Position numbers and translations under genes: made by a program. Below are positions 1-10,900 of a stretch of 64,000 nt of DNA, piece after piece (the stretch's first letter is position 1; each line of letters begins with the position of its first letter). The notes below the pieces were generated by a model. The model searched no databases, had not been told where the DNA came from, and was given only the letters and a program-made list of their open reading frames with translations. Source of the stretch: Macrostomum lignano (Eukaryota); contig NIVC01001912.1 in assembly GCA_002269645.1 (NCBI GenBank), forward strand, positions 62,001 through 126,000. Reading direction: 5' to 3'.

Positions 1-40
1 GACTTGAAATCAATATAAACTGCTATAAACAGAAGCTGCA

Positions 41-3000
41 ATGTCGGAGGAAGTCCGAGACGGAGAGCAGACCATAACGGCGTCCAGCTCGCAGCAGCAG
101 AATGCTCAACCCCCTGCTCAGCAGCAGCAACCGACTGCAGCGCAAGTCGGCCACGGCTCCTTGAAGCCATTGGCTCTGCACAACACTGCCTCGGTTGCCT
201 CCTTCGGCTCTGTCGTCGGTGGCGCCGCTCCTGCAAGCGCCGCAGGCGCCGCTGCAAGCACCGACGTTTGGCCAAAAGGCAAAGTGAACTACGTGATGGA
301 CAAGCAGCTGGGCAGCGGCGCCACCTCGCGGGTGTACAAAGCATTCTGCCCGCTGAAGAATAACGCCGAAATAGCCGTGAAAGTGGTGAACCTGGACAGC
401 AGCTCCGTGTCAATGGACGAGTTGCACAGAGAGACTCAGGGCATGAAGAAGCTGAGACACGAAAATATTGTTGCCTATTATGGCAGCTTCATCGAGGATC
501 AGTTTCTGTACATTCTGATGGACCTGTGCGAGCGTTCGCTACTGGATATGATTAATCACGTCAAGGCCACCAGGGACATCACGCACGGTGTGCTGGACGA
601 GTGCACCATTGCCACTATAATGCGAGAGGCAATCAAAGGATTGCAGTATATACACGAGAATGGCATTGTGCATCGGTGTGTTCATAATTCAGCTATATGT
701 TTACGTTTAGTTCAATATTTTAATCGCTCAGCTTTGGACTGGCATGAGAATCTCCCTTAGACTGGCATGAGAATCTCCCTTAGACTGGCATGAGAATCTC
801 CCTTAGACTGACATGAGAATCTCCCTTAGACTGACATGAGAATCTCTACTATACTGGCATGAGAATCTCCCTTAGACTGGCATGAGAATCTCCCTTAGAC
901 TGGCATGAGAATCTCCCTTAGACTGACATGAGAATCTCTACTATACTGGCATGAGAATCTCCCTTAGACTGGCATGAGAATCTCCCTTAGACTGGCATGA
1001 GAATCTCCCTTAGACTGACATGAGAATCTCTACTATACTGGCATGAGAATCTCCCTTAGACTGGCATGAGAATCTCCCTTAGACTGACATGAGAATCTCT
1101 ACTATACTGGCATGAGAATCTCCCTTAGACTGACATGAGAATCTCTACTATACTGGCATGAGAATCTCCCTTAGACTGGCATGAGAATCTCTACTATACT
1201 GGCATAAGAATCTCCCTTAGACTGGCATGAGAATCTCCCTTAGACTGGCATGAGAATCTCCCTTAGACTGGCATGAGAATCTCCCTTAGACTGACATGAG
1301 AATCTCCCTTAGACTGTCATGAGAATCTCCCTTAGACTGGCATGAGAATCTCCCTTAGACTGACATGAGAATCTCTACTATACTGGCATGAGAATCTCCC
1401 TTAGACTGGCATGAGAATCTCCCTTAGACTGACATGAGAATCTCTACTATACTGGCATAAGAATCTCCCTTAGACTGGCATGAGAATCTCCCTTAGACTG
1501 GCATGAGAATCTCCCTTAGACTGGCATGAGAATCTCCCTTAGACTGGCATGAGAATCTCCCTTAGACTGGCATGAGAATCTCCCTTAGACTGACATGAGA
1601 ATCTCTACTATACTGGCATGAGAATCTCCCTTAGACTGGCATGAGAATCTCCCTTAGACTGGCATGAGAATCTCCCTTAGACTGGCATGAGAATCTCTAC
1701 TATACTGGCATGAGAATCTCCCTTAGACTGGCATGAGAATCTCCCTTAGACTGGCATGAGAATCTCCCTTAGACTGACATGAGAATCTCTACTATACTGG
1801 CATGAGAATCTCCCTTAGACTGGCATGAGAATCTTCCTTAGACTGGCATGAGAATCTCCCTTAGACTGGCCTGAGAATCTCCCTTAGACTGGCATGAGAA
1901 TCTGATTAATTAATTTAATTCACGGCCAAGATAATTTCAAAAATTCATTGTCTATACATATCGGTAGCTTCTTTAGTCCTGCAACCGGCACAATCTATCT
2001 ACTCCTATTCCAGAGACATTAAGTGCGGCAACATCCTATTAAAAAAGGACGGTTCGGTCCTTATTGCCGACTTTGGCGTTACTGCCTTTATCAACACGAA
2101 CCCGCTGACTGCCATGTCTGTCAACCCCGTGTCCAGGCACACCTTTGTTGGCACTCCATGCTGGATGGCACCTGAGGTATGCAGTTGAGAGTTTGAAATG
2201 TCATAGAAAGAATCGCCCATAAAAGTTTCCCCAAATAATCGCCCCCAAATAATCGCCCTAAAAATTGCCCATAAAGAATCGCCCATAAAGAATCGCCCTA
2301 AAGAATCGCCCATAAAGAATCGCCCATAAAGAATCGCCCATAAAAGTTTCCCCAAACAATCGCCCCTAAATAATCACCCATAAAAAATCGCCCATAAAGA
2401 ATCACCCGTAAAAATTGCCCCAAATAATCGCCCATAAAGAATCGAATCGCCCATAAAGAATTGCCCTAAAGAATCGCCCATAAAAAATCGCCCATAAAGA
2501 ATCACCCGTAAAAATCGCCCCAAAGAATCGCCCATAAAGAATCGAATCGCCCTAAAGAATCGCCCATAAAAATTTCCCTAAAGAATCGCCCCTAAATAAT
2601 CACCCATAAAATATTGCCCATAAAAAATCACCCGTAAAAATTGCCCCAAAGAATCGCCCATAAAGAATCGCCCATAAAGAATTGCCCTAAAGAATCGCCC
2701 ATAAATAATCGCCCTAAAGAATCGCCCTAAGGAATCGCCCATAAAGAATCGCCCATAAAAATTTCCCCGAAGAATCGCCCATAAAGAATCGCCCATAAAA
2801 ATTGCCCCAAAGAATCGCCCATAAATAATCGCCCTAAAGAATCGCCCTAAAGAATCGCCCTAAGGAATCGCCCATAAAGAATCGCCCATAAAAATTTCCC
2901 CAAAGAATCGCCCATAAAGAATCGCCCATAAAAATTTCCCCAAAGAATCGCCCATAAAGAATCGCCCTAAGAATCGCCTTAAAGAATCGCCCATAAATCG

Positions 3001-4267
3001 ATTTTGCCATCGCCAGGTGATGGAGCAGCGCCAGGTCGGCTACACCCAGAAGGCGGACATCTGGAGTGTGGGAATCACTGCACTGGAGCTGGTGACCGGC
3101 AGCGCACCCTACGCCAAGTTCCCGCCAGTAAAGGTGATCGTGCTCACGCTGAACAATGACCCCCCAAACCTGACCTCGGTGGAGGAGAAAGCGGGCCAGT
3201 TCTCCGCCTACGGCCAGAAGTTTCGCAAGTTTGTCTCGGCCTGTTTGCAACGAAACGACGGCGAACGGCCAAGCGCTAAACAGCTGCTGCATCACAGCTT
3301 CATCCGCGGCAAAGCCAAGGACAAGGAAGTCATCGTCAAGGCCCTGCTGAGCGGCGACACACCGCTGCCTTCTGTTAAAGTTAAACGACGTTCAGCCGAT
3401 GCGCTCGAAGCCGGCGAAGGCTGTGAATACGATTCTGACTCGGACGCGGACGAGCAGGACTTCTGGGACTTCTCTGGCGATGCCACTCTCACCGCTGATA
3501 GCCGCGGCGCCGATACTGCTGCGGTGGCCGCGGCCGCCGTCTCCGGCTCAGCGGCATCGGCGTCGGAGACCCTGACCGCTGCCGGGTCTGCAACCGCGGC
3601 CTCCAGCGTCAAGCTGATCGCCGATACCGGCTCGGCGGCGTCTGCAACTACGGCAGCCGGTTCAGCAACATCATCGGAGGCGCAGTCGGACAACGCCGAT
3701 GCGCGTCTGGAATGGCATCGCAAACTGCTCGGCGGCCAGCCCGGCCAAGTCTGCATGAAGCTCCGCCTGCGCAAGCGCAAAGACGCCGATCCGGTCGCTC
3801 CCGGCTCCGACAGCGGCGCCGCATCCGGCAGTGGCGCTCCTAAAGATCCCAGTGGCAGCGGCGCCGCTGCCGGTTCCAGCGCCAACTCGTCATCTTCGGC
3901 GGCCGGTTCCACTGCCGACAGCTCCAGCGAGACGCCCGGCCTGCCGGAGCTGCAGGACATCACCTTCGATCTGACTGTGGGCAAGGACAGGGCCAACGGT
4001 ATCACTATGGAGCTGGTGGAGTCAGAGCTAGTCAGGATGCACGATCTGGTGGTGATCTCGCATGCTCTGCAGACCCTCATCGATCAGCCCTGGCAACAGC
4101 AGCGAGTGATTCCGCTTAATTCGCCTCTGCCTAACGGTGTGTACCCGGATCAGGCCGAGTTCGTCGGATTTGCCGGACTGTCGGTGGTGTCAGTCAGGCT
4201 GGTGCGGTCGGATGCTTCTGAGGAGACTGTCAACCTAGCTACTCTGTCCGCTGCTGCCGCTCAGTGA
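41..4267 (+). CDS. OXSR1: STE20/GCK-VI kinase, OSR1/SPAK (fray)-like; 3 exons, ~682 aa
   Basis: Exons 41-675, 2014-2176, 3017-4267 join in frame (CG|A, phase 0). Kinase motifs [41 protein letters not shown]-terminal [23 protein letters not shown]...FVGFAGLSV matches the OSR1/SPAK CCT domain. Confidence 0.9.
737..1903. repeat. 23-bp minisatellite (CTGGCATGAGAATCTCCCTTAGA), ~50 copies, kinase intron 1
   Basis: Read directly; variant unit ...CTCTACTATA interspersed. Confidence 0.97.
2205..3000. repeat. ~14-bp minisatellite (AAGAATCGCCCATA), kinase intron 2
   Basis: Read directly; degenerate units. Confidence 0.95.
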
Positions 4268-4464
4268 ATCTTATATCCATATCTGCCCGATCTTGTGAGA
4301 CTCGATCATGGACCCCTGAACTGTTGTAGTACTTGGACTGGAAAGCTTAAGTTCTAGATGTTCGCTCACTAACTAAAAATAAATCCTCTTTGTCTATGGT
4401 CAAAACTGACCAATGTAACTATAATTATCTTGCAAGTCAATTAATTCTAGCTGGAGAATCAATC

Positions 4465-4775
4465 TCGCTTTTCAGCATAGTCTATGGCCCAAACAGGGTG
4501 TAGATATTCAGTCTCGCTTTTTATCATAGTCTATGGCCCAAAGCGCGTGTAGCAAATCAGCCTCGATTTCCATCATAGTCTATGGCCCAAAGGGGTGTTA
4601 AATAAATCTGATCGCTTTTCATCATAGTCTATGGCCCAAAGGGGTGTTAAATAAATCTGATCGTTTTCCATCATAGTCTATGGCCCAAAGGGGTGTTAAA
4701 TAAATCTGATCGCTTTTCATCATAGTCTATGGCCCAAAGCGGTTTGAGAGAGTCGATCTCGCTTTTCATCATAGC
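4465..4775. repeat. ~56-bp tandem repeat (TCGCTTTTCATCATAGTCTATGGCCCAAA...), ~6 copies, downstream of kinase
   Basis: CATAGTCTATGGCCCAAA recurs at about 56-bp spacing. Confidence 0.9.
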
Positions 4776-6439
4776 GATTTAAAATAGCTTTCCAGTACAG
4801 ATTTCTTCGGCGTCGGTGGTCCATGAATGGACTTTTATCAATGAAGATTCCTCTATAATAGCTGACTAACAAAGCTTTTTTCAGCTCCAATCTCTTCCCT
4901 TCTATTTTTTCATGGCTCTATTTTTTGCGTCAATTTGACTTTGAAATATGGTCGGTGTCGATTCTTAAAGTAAACAAAAAAATTGATCAAATTTCTTATT
5001 TCATTTTCATTGCTTCTGCTGCTGCTGCTGCTCTTTTGATTATTATGTGCTGTTCAATTCAAACAGTATGTTGTGCGTTATAATCTACAGAATTTATCTT
5101 GGCCCCGATCTATTGTAATTGATTAAATTCTGAATGACCTTCACTTGACCTATGCCTTGACTACATTAAACATTTTTTATGTAGGGTTATTGCCTGGGGC
5201 TATAATTTATAGTTTAATCTAGTGCAAGCGGTGCTGGACTTTTTTTTAAATCCTAAACATCTGGCGCTTATCTTATTACTAATAATAAGTAATAGTAGTA
5301 TTGTTAATGCGTTGAAACAACACAACCCGACTCCGCGCGCTAATTTTGCCTTATATATATGATGTACTATGATAGATAGCTTAGACTGTACTTCTTAATT
5401 AACTTACTAATTCTTTTTTCTCAGCCTTAACCAACAGATACTAAAATGACTAGATGGGCCACTCAGGCATATATACTTAGCAAAACAGCTTTCTACTACT
5501 TTCACTCAGTAGCAAGGAAGAATACATAAGTTATTTTTTTAAATACAGGCGGCTGAAATGACTTTGATAACTGATAAGCTCAGAAGCCCAAGCTTGCGGG
5601 CATAAACAACTTGCTAATTGGTTCAGCAGTGATGTACATTGGCCAGTCCACTGAAATGTACATGGCAGCTTTAGGCTGGAATTCCGAGAAAGGCAATAAA
5701 AATTGGGGCGGTGGCGGGGGGAAGGGGGGGGTAGTGTGGAAAGGCGCGGTTGGAGGGTTTAAGCTGGGGGGGGCTAAGAGACAAGAGTCAATAAATGAGC
5801 CTTGGCTTTAAAAACACATTAAAATGCTTCTGTTTAACTTACTACTGAACTGAAAGTAGCTTACATACAAATGTGCTGATTGGCCTATCTAGTTATTCTA
5901 GTATCTGTGGCATTAACACTGCAGTGAACTGTTTGCAACTATTAACCACACTATAAACATTAGATTGGCAGTATTGGATCTAATGTTAATTAGTTTTAGC
6001 TCATTGATGAACTTAAAAGCGAAGATGTCGCCGAAAGACGTTAGTTTCTTCTCGTTTCATTTTTTAAGACTCCGCGTGTTTCTGATCTATTTCTGTACAT
6101 GTCAAATTGAACTTTAATAAGCATACTTTATTGTAATAAGTTATTATACAGCGTTCATAAAAGTTCACACCAAATACTGTTTGTCTCGCTTTGCCGACTA
6201 GAAGATATGTTTATTAAGAAATGATTATAGTATATGACCCTGCTAATATTTACTGATTTTACTACCAACCATTTAAGTGTTGCGTGGGCGAGTGCTAGTT
6301 TTTTAAAAAGATTTTCGCGCTTCTTGTCTTCGTCAACTGAATTTTGCTATTTCTTTTTTGGCTTTTAGTTTGTTTGGTTGTATATCAGAGTTGCTGAGTG
6401 CATCAGACTTCCTTCAATAAATCAAGCTCGTTCCATTGA

Positions 6440-6900
6440 CTGGATTAGAGTTACTTTAGTAAATTAGAATCACTGAGTAGATTAGAGTCGCTGAGTATAT
6501 CAGAGTCACTGAGTAGATCAGAGTCACTGAGTTGATCAGAGTCACTGAGTATATCAGAGCCACTGAGTAGATCAGAGTCACTAAGCATATTAGAGTCACT
6601 GAGTAGATTAGAGTCACTGAGTAGATCAGAGCAACTGAGTATATCAGAGCCACTGAGTAGATCAGTCACTGAGTATATCAGAGCCACTGAGTAGATCAGT
6701 CACTGAGTATATCAGAGCCACTGAGTAGATCAGAGTCACTAAGCATATTAGAGTCACTGAGTAGATTAGAGTCACTGAGTAGATCAGAGTCGCTGAGTAT
6801 ATCAGAGTCACTGAGTAGATCAGAGTCACTGAGTAGATCAGAGTCGCTGAGTGGATCAGAGTTACTGAGTAGATTAGATATTTTGCTGAATAGATTAGAT
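6440..6900. repeat. 18-bp minisatellite (GATCAGAGTCACTGAGTA)
   Basis: Read directly. Confidence 0.95.
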
Positions 6901-7049
6901 AGTTCGCTGAACAGATTAGATCAGCTGCTGCGAGAGTTTTATCGATTTACAGTATAACAGGCTGCTTATGCCCCACATTTCCATTACTCCAATATCCCAA
7001 ACTGTGCTCACATCTCCCCCCTCTGACCATCCGGTTCCCTGCTCTGACA

Positions 7050-7409
7050 ATGGGCCGCCACTTCATCCAGCACCTGGGCGGCGATCGGGTGTTCTCCTGC
7101 AGCAACTGCGACTGTCCGCTCACCAATCGCAAAGAGCTGGTCAGCACCCGGTTCACCGGTGCCACCGGTAGAGCCTTCCTGTTCAATCGGGTTGTCAATC
7201 TGGAATTCAGCGGTATTCACGATCGCATGATGCTGACTGGCCGTCATCTGGTTCGTGACGTCAGCTGCAAAAAGTGCAAAGCCAAACTGGGCTGGATATA
7301 CGAGTTCGCCATTGAGGAGGGCCAAAAGTACAAGGAGGGCAAAGTCATTCTCGAGCGCGCGCTTATTAACGAGAGCGAAGGCTTCCCGGATCCCGTCAGG
7401 GACTCTTGA
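7050..7409 (+). CDS. YPEL5: Yippee-like protein 5, intronless CDS, 119 aa
   Basis: CxxC...[14 protein letters not shown]...[16 protein letters not shown]...LGWIYE...[12 protein letters not shown], the YPEL5/Yippee pattern. Confidence 0.95.
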   Translation: MGRHFIQHLGGDRVFSCSNCDCPLTNRKELVSTRFTGATGRAFLFNRVVNLEFSGIHDRMMLTGRHLVRDVSCKKCKAKLGWIYEFAIEEGQKYKEGKVILERALINESEGFPDPVRDS

Positions 7410-7414
7410 ATGGT

Positions 7415-7945
7415 AGGGGCGGGTATAGATGCTGAATAGGGGCGGGTATAGATGCTGAATAGGGGCGGGTATAGATGCTGAATAGGGGCGGGTATAGATG
7501 CTGAATAGGGGCGGGTATAGATGCTGAATAGGGGCGGGTATAGATGCTGAATAGGGGCGGGTATAGATGCTGAATAGGGGTGGGTATAGATGCTGAATAG
7601 GGGCGGGTATAGATGCTGAATAGGGGCGGGTATAGATGCTGAATAGGGGCGGGTATAGATGTTGAATAGGGGCGGGTATAGATGCTGAATAAGGGCGGGT
7701 ATAGATGCTGAATAGGGGCGGGTATAGATGCTGAATAGGGGCAGGTATACATGCTGATTAGGGGCGGATATAGATGCTGAATAGGGGTGGATATAGATGC
7801 TGAATAGGGGCGGGTATAGATGCTGAATAGGGGTATAGATGCTGAATAGGGGTGGATATAGATGCTGAATAGGGGCGGGTATAGATGCTGAATAGGGGTA
7901 TAGATGCTGAATAGGGGTGGATATAGATGCTGAATAGAGGCGGAT
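7415..7945. repeat. 23-bp G-rich minisatellite (GGGGCGGGTATAGATGCTGAATA) directly after the YPEL5 stop
   Basis: Read directly. Confidence 0.96.
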
Positions 7946-8335
7946 GCAGTGCACAAACTATGTGAATTAGGAGCAATTGTACAAACTGCCCTTTGGATTT
8001 GAACTAACAGTTGACAGACAACTACTTATTTATAAATATCTTTCCTAACCGTAATTTACGCAGCGTTTTTGTTCTTTGATTTCACTCTGTTTTGTATTCT
8101 GTTTTTTATGCAATGCTATTAATTATAGTTGAACAGTTCCTGTATTTTGCTGTCTTGTGCTAAATCTTCTGATACAGTGTAATCCTTCACTTCTTTGGCG
8201 TTTTTTCTCTTTTAATAGGAAACTTATTATACAGCCTGTTACAATTTTTGGGAGGTGAACTAACAATTAATATTTTTGCCAAATTATTAAATTTATGTTT
8301 CATCCTGCTCTCCATTTTCCGTCTTCTGCTATAAT

Positions 8336-9312
8336 GCCCTCTCCCTCTGCCTCTCTCCCTCCCTCTGCCTCTCCCTCTGCCTCTCTCCCTCCCTCTGCCT
8401 CTCCCCCTCTCCCTCTGCCCCTCCCTCTGCCTCTCCCTCCCTCTGCCTCTCTCCCTCTCCCTCTGCCTCTCTCCCTCCCTCTGCCTCTCCCTCTGCCTCT
8501 CTCCCTCCCTCTGCCTCTCCCCCTCTCCCTCTGCCTCTCCCTCTGCCTCTCTCCCTCTCCCTCTGCCTCTCCCTCCCTCTGCCTCCCCCCCTCTCCCTCT
8601 GCCTCTCCCTCTGCCTCTCTCCCTCTCCCTCTGCCTCTCCCTCCCTCTGCCTCTCTCCCTCTCCCTCTGCCTCTCCCTCCCTCTGCCTCTCTCCCTCTCC
8701 CTCTGCCTCTCCCTCTTCCTCTCCCTCCCTCTGCCTCTCTCCCTCTCCCTCTGCCTCTCCCTCCCTCTGCCTCTCTCCCTCTCCCTCTGCCTCTCCCTCC
8801 CTCTGCCTCTCTCCCTCCCTCTGCCTCTCCCCCTCTCCCTCTGCCTCTCCCTCCCTCTGCCTCTATCCCTCTCCCTCTGCCTCTCCCTCCCTCTGCCTCT
8901 CTCCCTCCCTCTGCCTCTCCCCCTCTCCCTCTGCCTCTCCCTCTGCCTCTCCCTCTGTCTCTCCCTCCCTCTGCCTCTCCCCCTCTCCCTCTGCCTCTCC
9001 CTCTGCCTCTCCCCTCTCCCTCTGCCTCTCCCTCTGCCTCTCTCCCTCCCTCTGCCTCTCCCTCTGCCTCTCCCTCCCTCTGCCTCTCTCCCTCCCTCTG
9101 CCTCTCCCCCTCTCCCTCTGCCTCTCCCCCTCTCCCTCTGCCTCTCCCTCTGCCTCTCTCCCTCCCTCTGCCTCTCTCTCTGCCTCTCCCTCCCTCTGCC
9201 TCTCTCCCTCTCCCTCTGCCTCTCCCTCCCTCTGCCTCTCTCCCTCCCTCTGCCTCTCTCCCTCTCCCTCTGCCTCTCCCTCCCTCTGCCTCTCCCTCCC
9301 TCTGCCTCCCTC
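8336..9312. repeat. ~1-kb polypyrimidine/polypurine hexamer-based tract (CTCTCC/CTCTGC)
   Basis: Plus strand almost entirely C/T with periodic G. Confidence 0.96.
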
Positions 9313-9777
9313 TCTATTAAACTGATCAGCAGCCCGTCAACGACTTTATCATCTGTGCAATCTCTGCAGTTCTTTTCTGGTAATTTCACTTTGTTCAAAG
9401 TTATTTGTTTTCTTGTGTTTTCGTTGTTCCAGCGTATTCGAATGTGTTATTTCACTGTGTGTGTTAAGTCTGTAGCTTTTTTATTAGGCTCAAAGCAAAG
9501 CTTTTCTTATAAATTTCGCGACATACCTGATACACGCTACTTATTAACCACGTTGCATAAGTAGCGTGTTTAATTTTTACACAATAAAATTGTTGTCGCT
9601 ATTCATTAATAAGTTTTATTGCGGCTAAATAAATTCTAATAAATCATTGTTGTGTATAATTATTGACATTACGTGCTTTCAAAATTATATTTCAGCTTTC
9701 TCAACACGATAATACCCGTCTTCTCTACGGCTGTTTTATTTAATGGGGGCAAAATGTCTGCTAGTATCGTTTGAATG

Positions 9778-10221
9778 CCTCTGTCCGTCTGTCTGTCTGT
9801 CCGTCTGTCTGTCTGTCCGTCTGTCTGTCTGTCTCTCTGTCTGTCTGTCTGTCTGTCCGTCTGTCTGTCTGTCTCTCTGTCTGTCTGTCTGTCTTAGTGT
9901 CTGTCTGTTTGTCTGTCTGTCTTAGTGTCTGTCTATTTGTCTGTCTGTCTTAGTGTCTGTCTGTTTGTCTGTCTGTCTTAGTGTCTGTCTGTTTGTCTGT
10001 CTGTCTTAGTGTCTGTCTGTTTGTCTGTCTGTCTTAGTGTCTGTCTGTTTGTCTCTCTGTCTGTCTGTCTGTCTTAGTGTCTGTCTGTTTGTCTGTCTGT
10101 CTTAGTGTCTGTCTGTTTGTCTCTCTGTCTGTCTTAGTGTCTGTCTGTTTGTCTGTCTGTCTTAGTGTCTGTCTGTTTGTCTGTCTGTCTTAGTGTCTGT
10201 CTGTTTGTCTGTCTGTCTTAG

Positions 10222-10253
<32 letters not shown>

Positions 10254-10297
10254 CTAGTGTCTGTCTGTCTCTCTGTCTGTCTGTCTATGTGTCTTAG

Positions 10298-10330
<33 letters not shown>

Positions 10331-10333
10331 TAG

Positions 10334-10366
<33 letters not shown>

Positions 10367-10529
10367 TAGTGTCTGTCTGTTTGGCTGTCTGTCTGTTTGT
10401 CTGTCTGTCTTAGTGTCTGTCTGTTTGTCTGTCTGTCTTAGTGTCTGTCTATTTGTCTGTCTGTCTTAGTGTCTGTCTGTCTGTCTGTCTGTCTTAGTGT
10501 CTGTCTGTCTGTCTGTCTGTCTGTCTTAG

Positions 10530-10574
<45 letters not shown>

Positions 10575-10610
10575 TAGTGTCTGTCTGTCTGTCTGTCTGT
10601 CTGTCTGCCT
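9778..10610. repeat. (TCTG)n microsatellite with CTTAGTG/TTTG interruptions
   Basis: Read directly. Confidence 0.96.
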
Positions 10611-10900
10611 TCCGTCTGGCACAACACAGCTTTAAAATTATTCTATACTGAACTGTTAAAAAGGCCAAGACAGAAGAAGCAGACGCTGGTCGGAGCAGCA
10701 GTGTAGCAAAACAGAAGACTTTTCTGCAACCAATCCGGCCACTGAAAGTCGCCTCTCAGCCAATCGCGCATGTTCTTCTCCTGTGTGTGAACTGGGGCGC
10801 TGTCTCTGCACACAAAATCCCTGCCGCGGGAGCCGCTGAAAGCTGAGAGACGCGTGCAGATAAGGCTTGGCTCTGCAGAGCGGCTAGGAATTGGAATTTA

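Noticed and set aside
3292-4080. 262-aa antisense ORF in kinase exon 3, and similar ORFs antisense to or overlapping pol
   Set aside because: Shadow ORFs expected from GC-rich codon usage; no motifs.
8187-9398. Long ORFs (RERGRG.../PSASLP...)
   Set aside because: Stop-free by-products of the polypurine/polypyrimidine tract.
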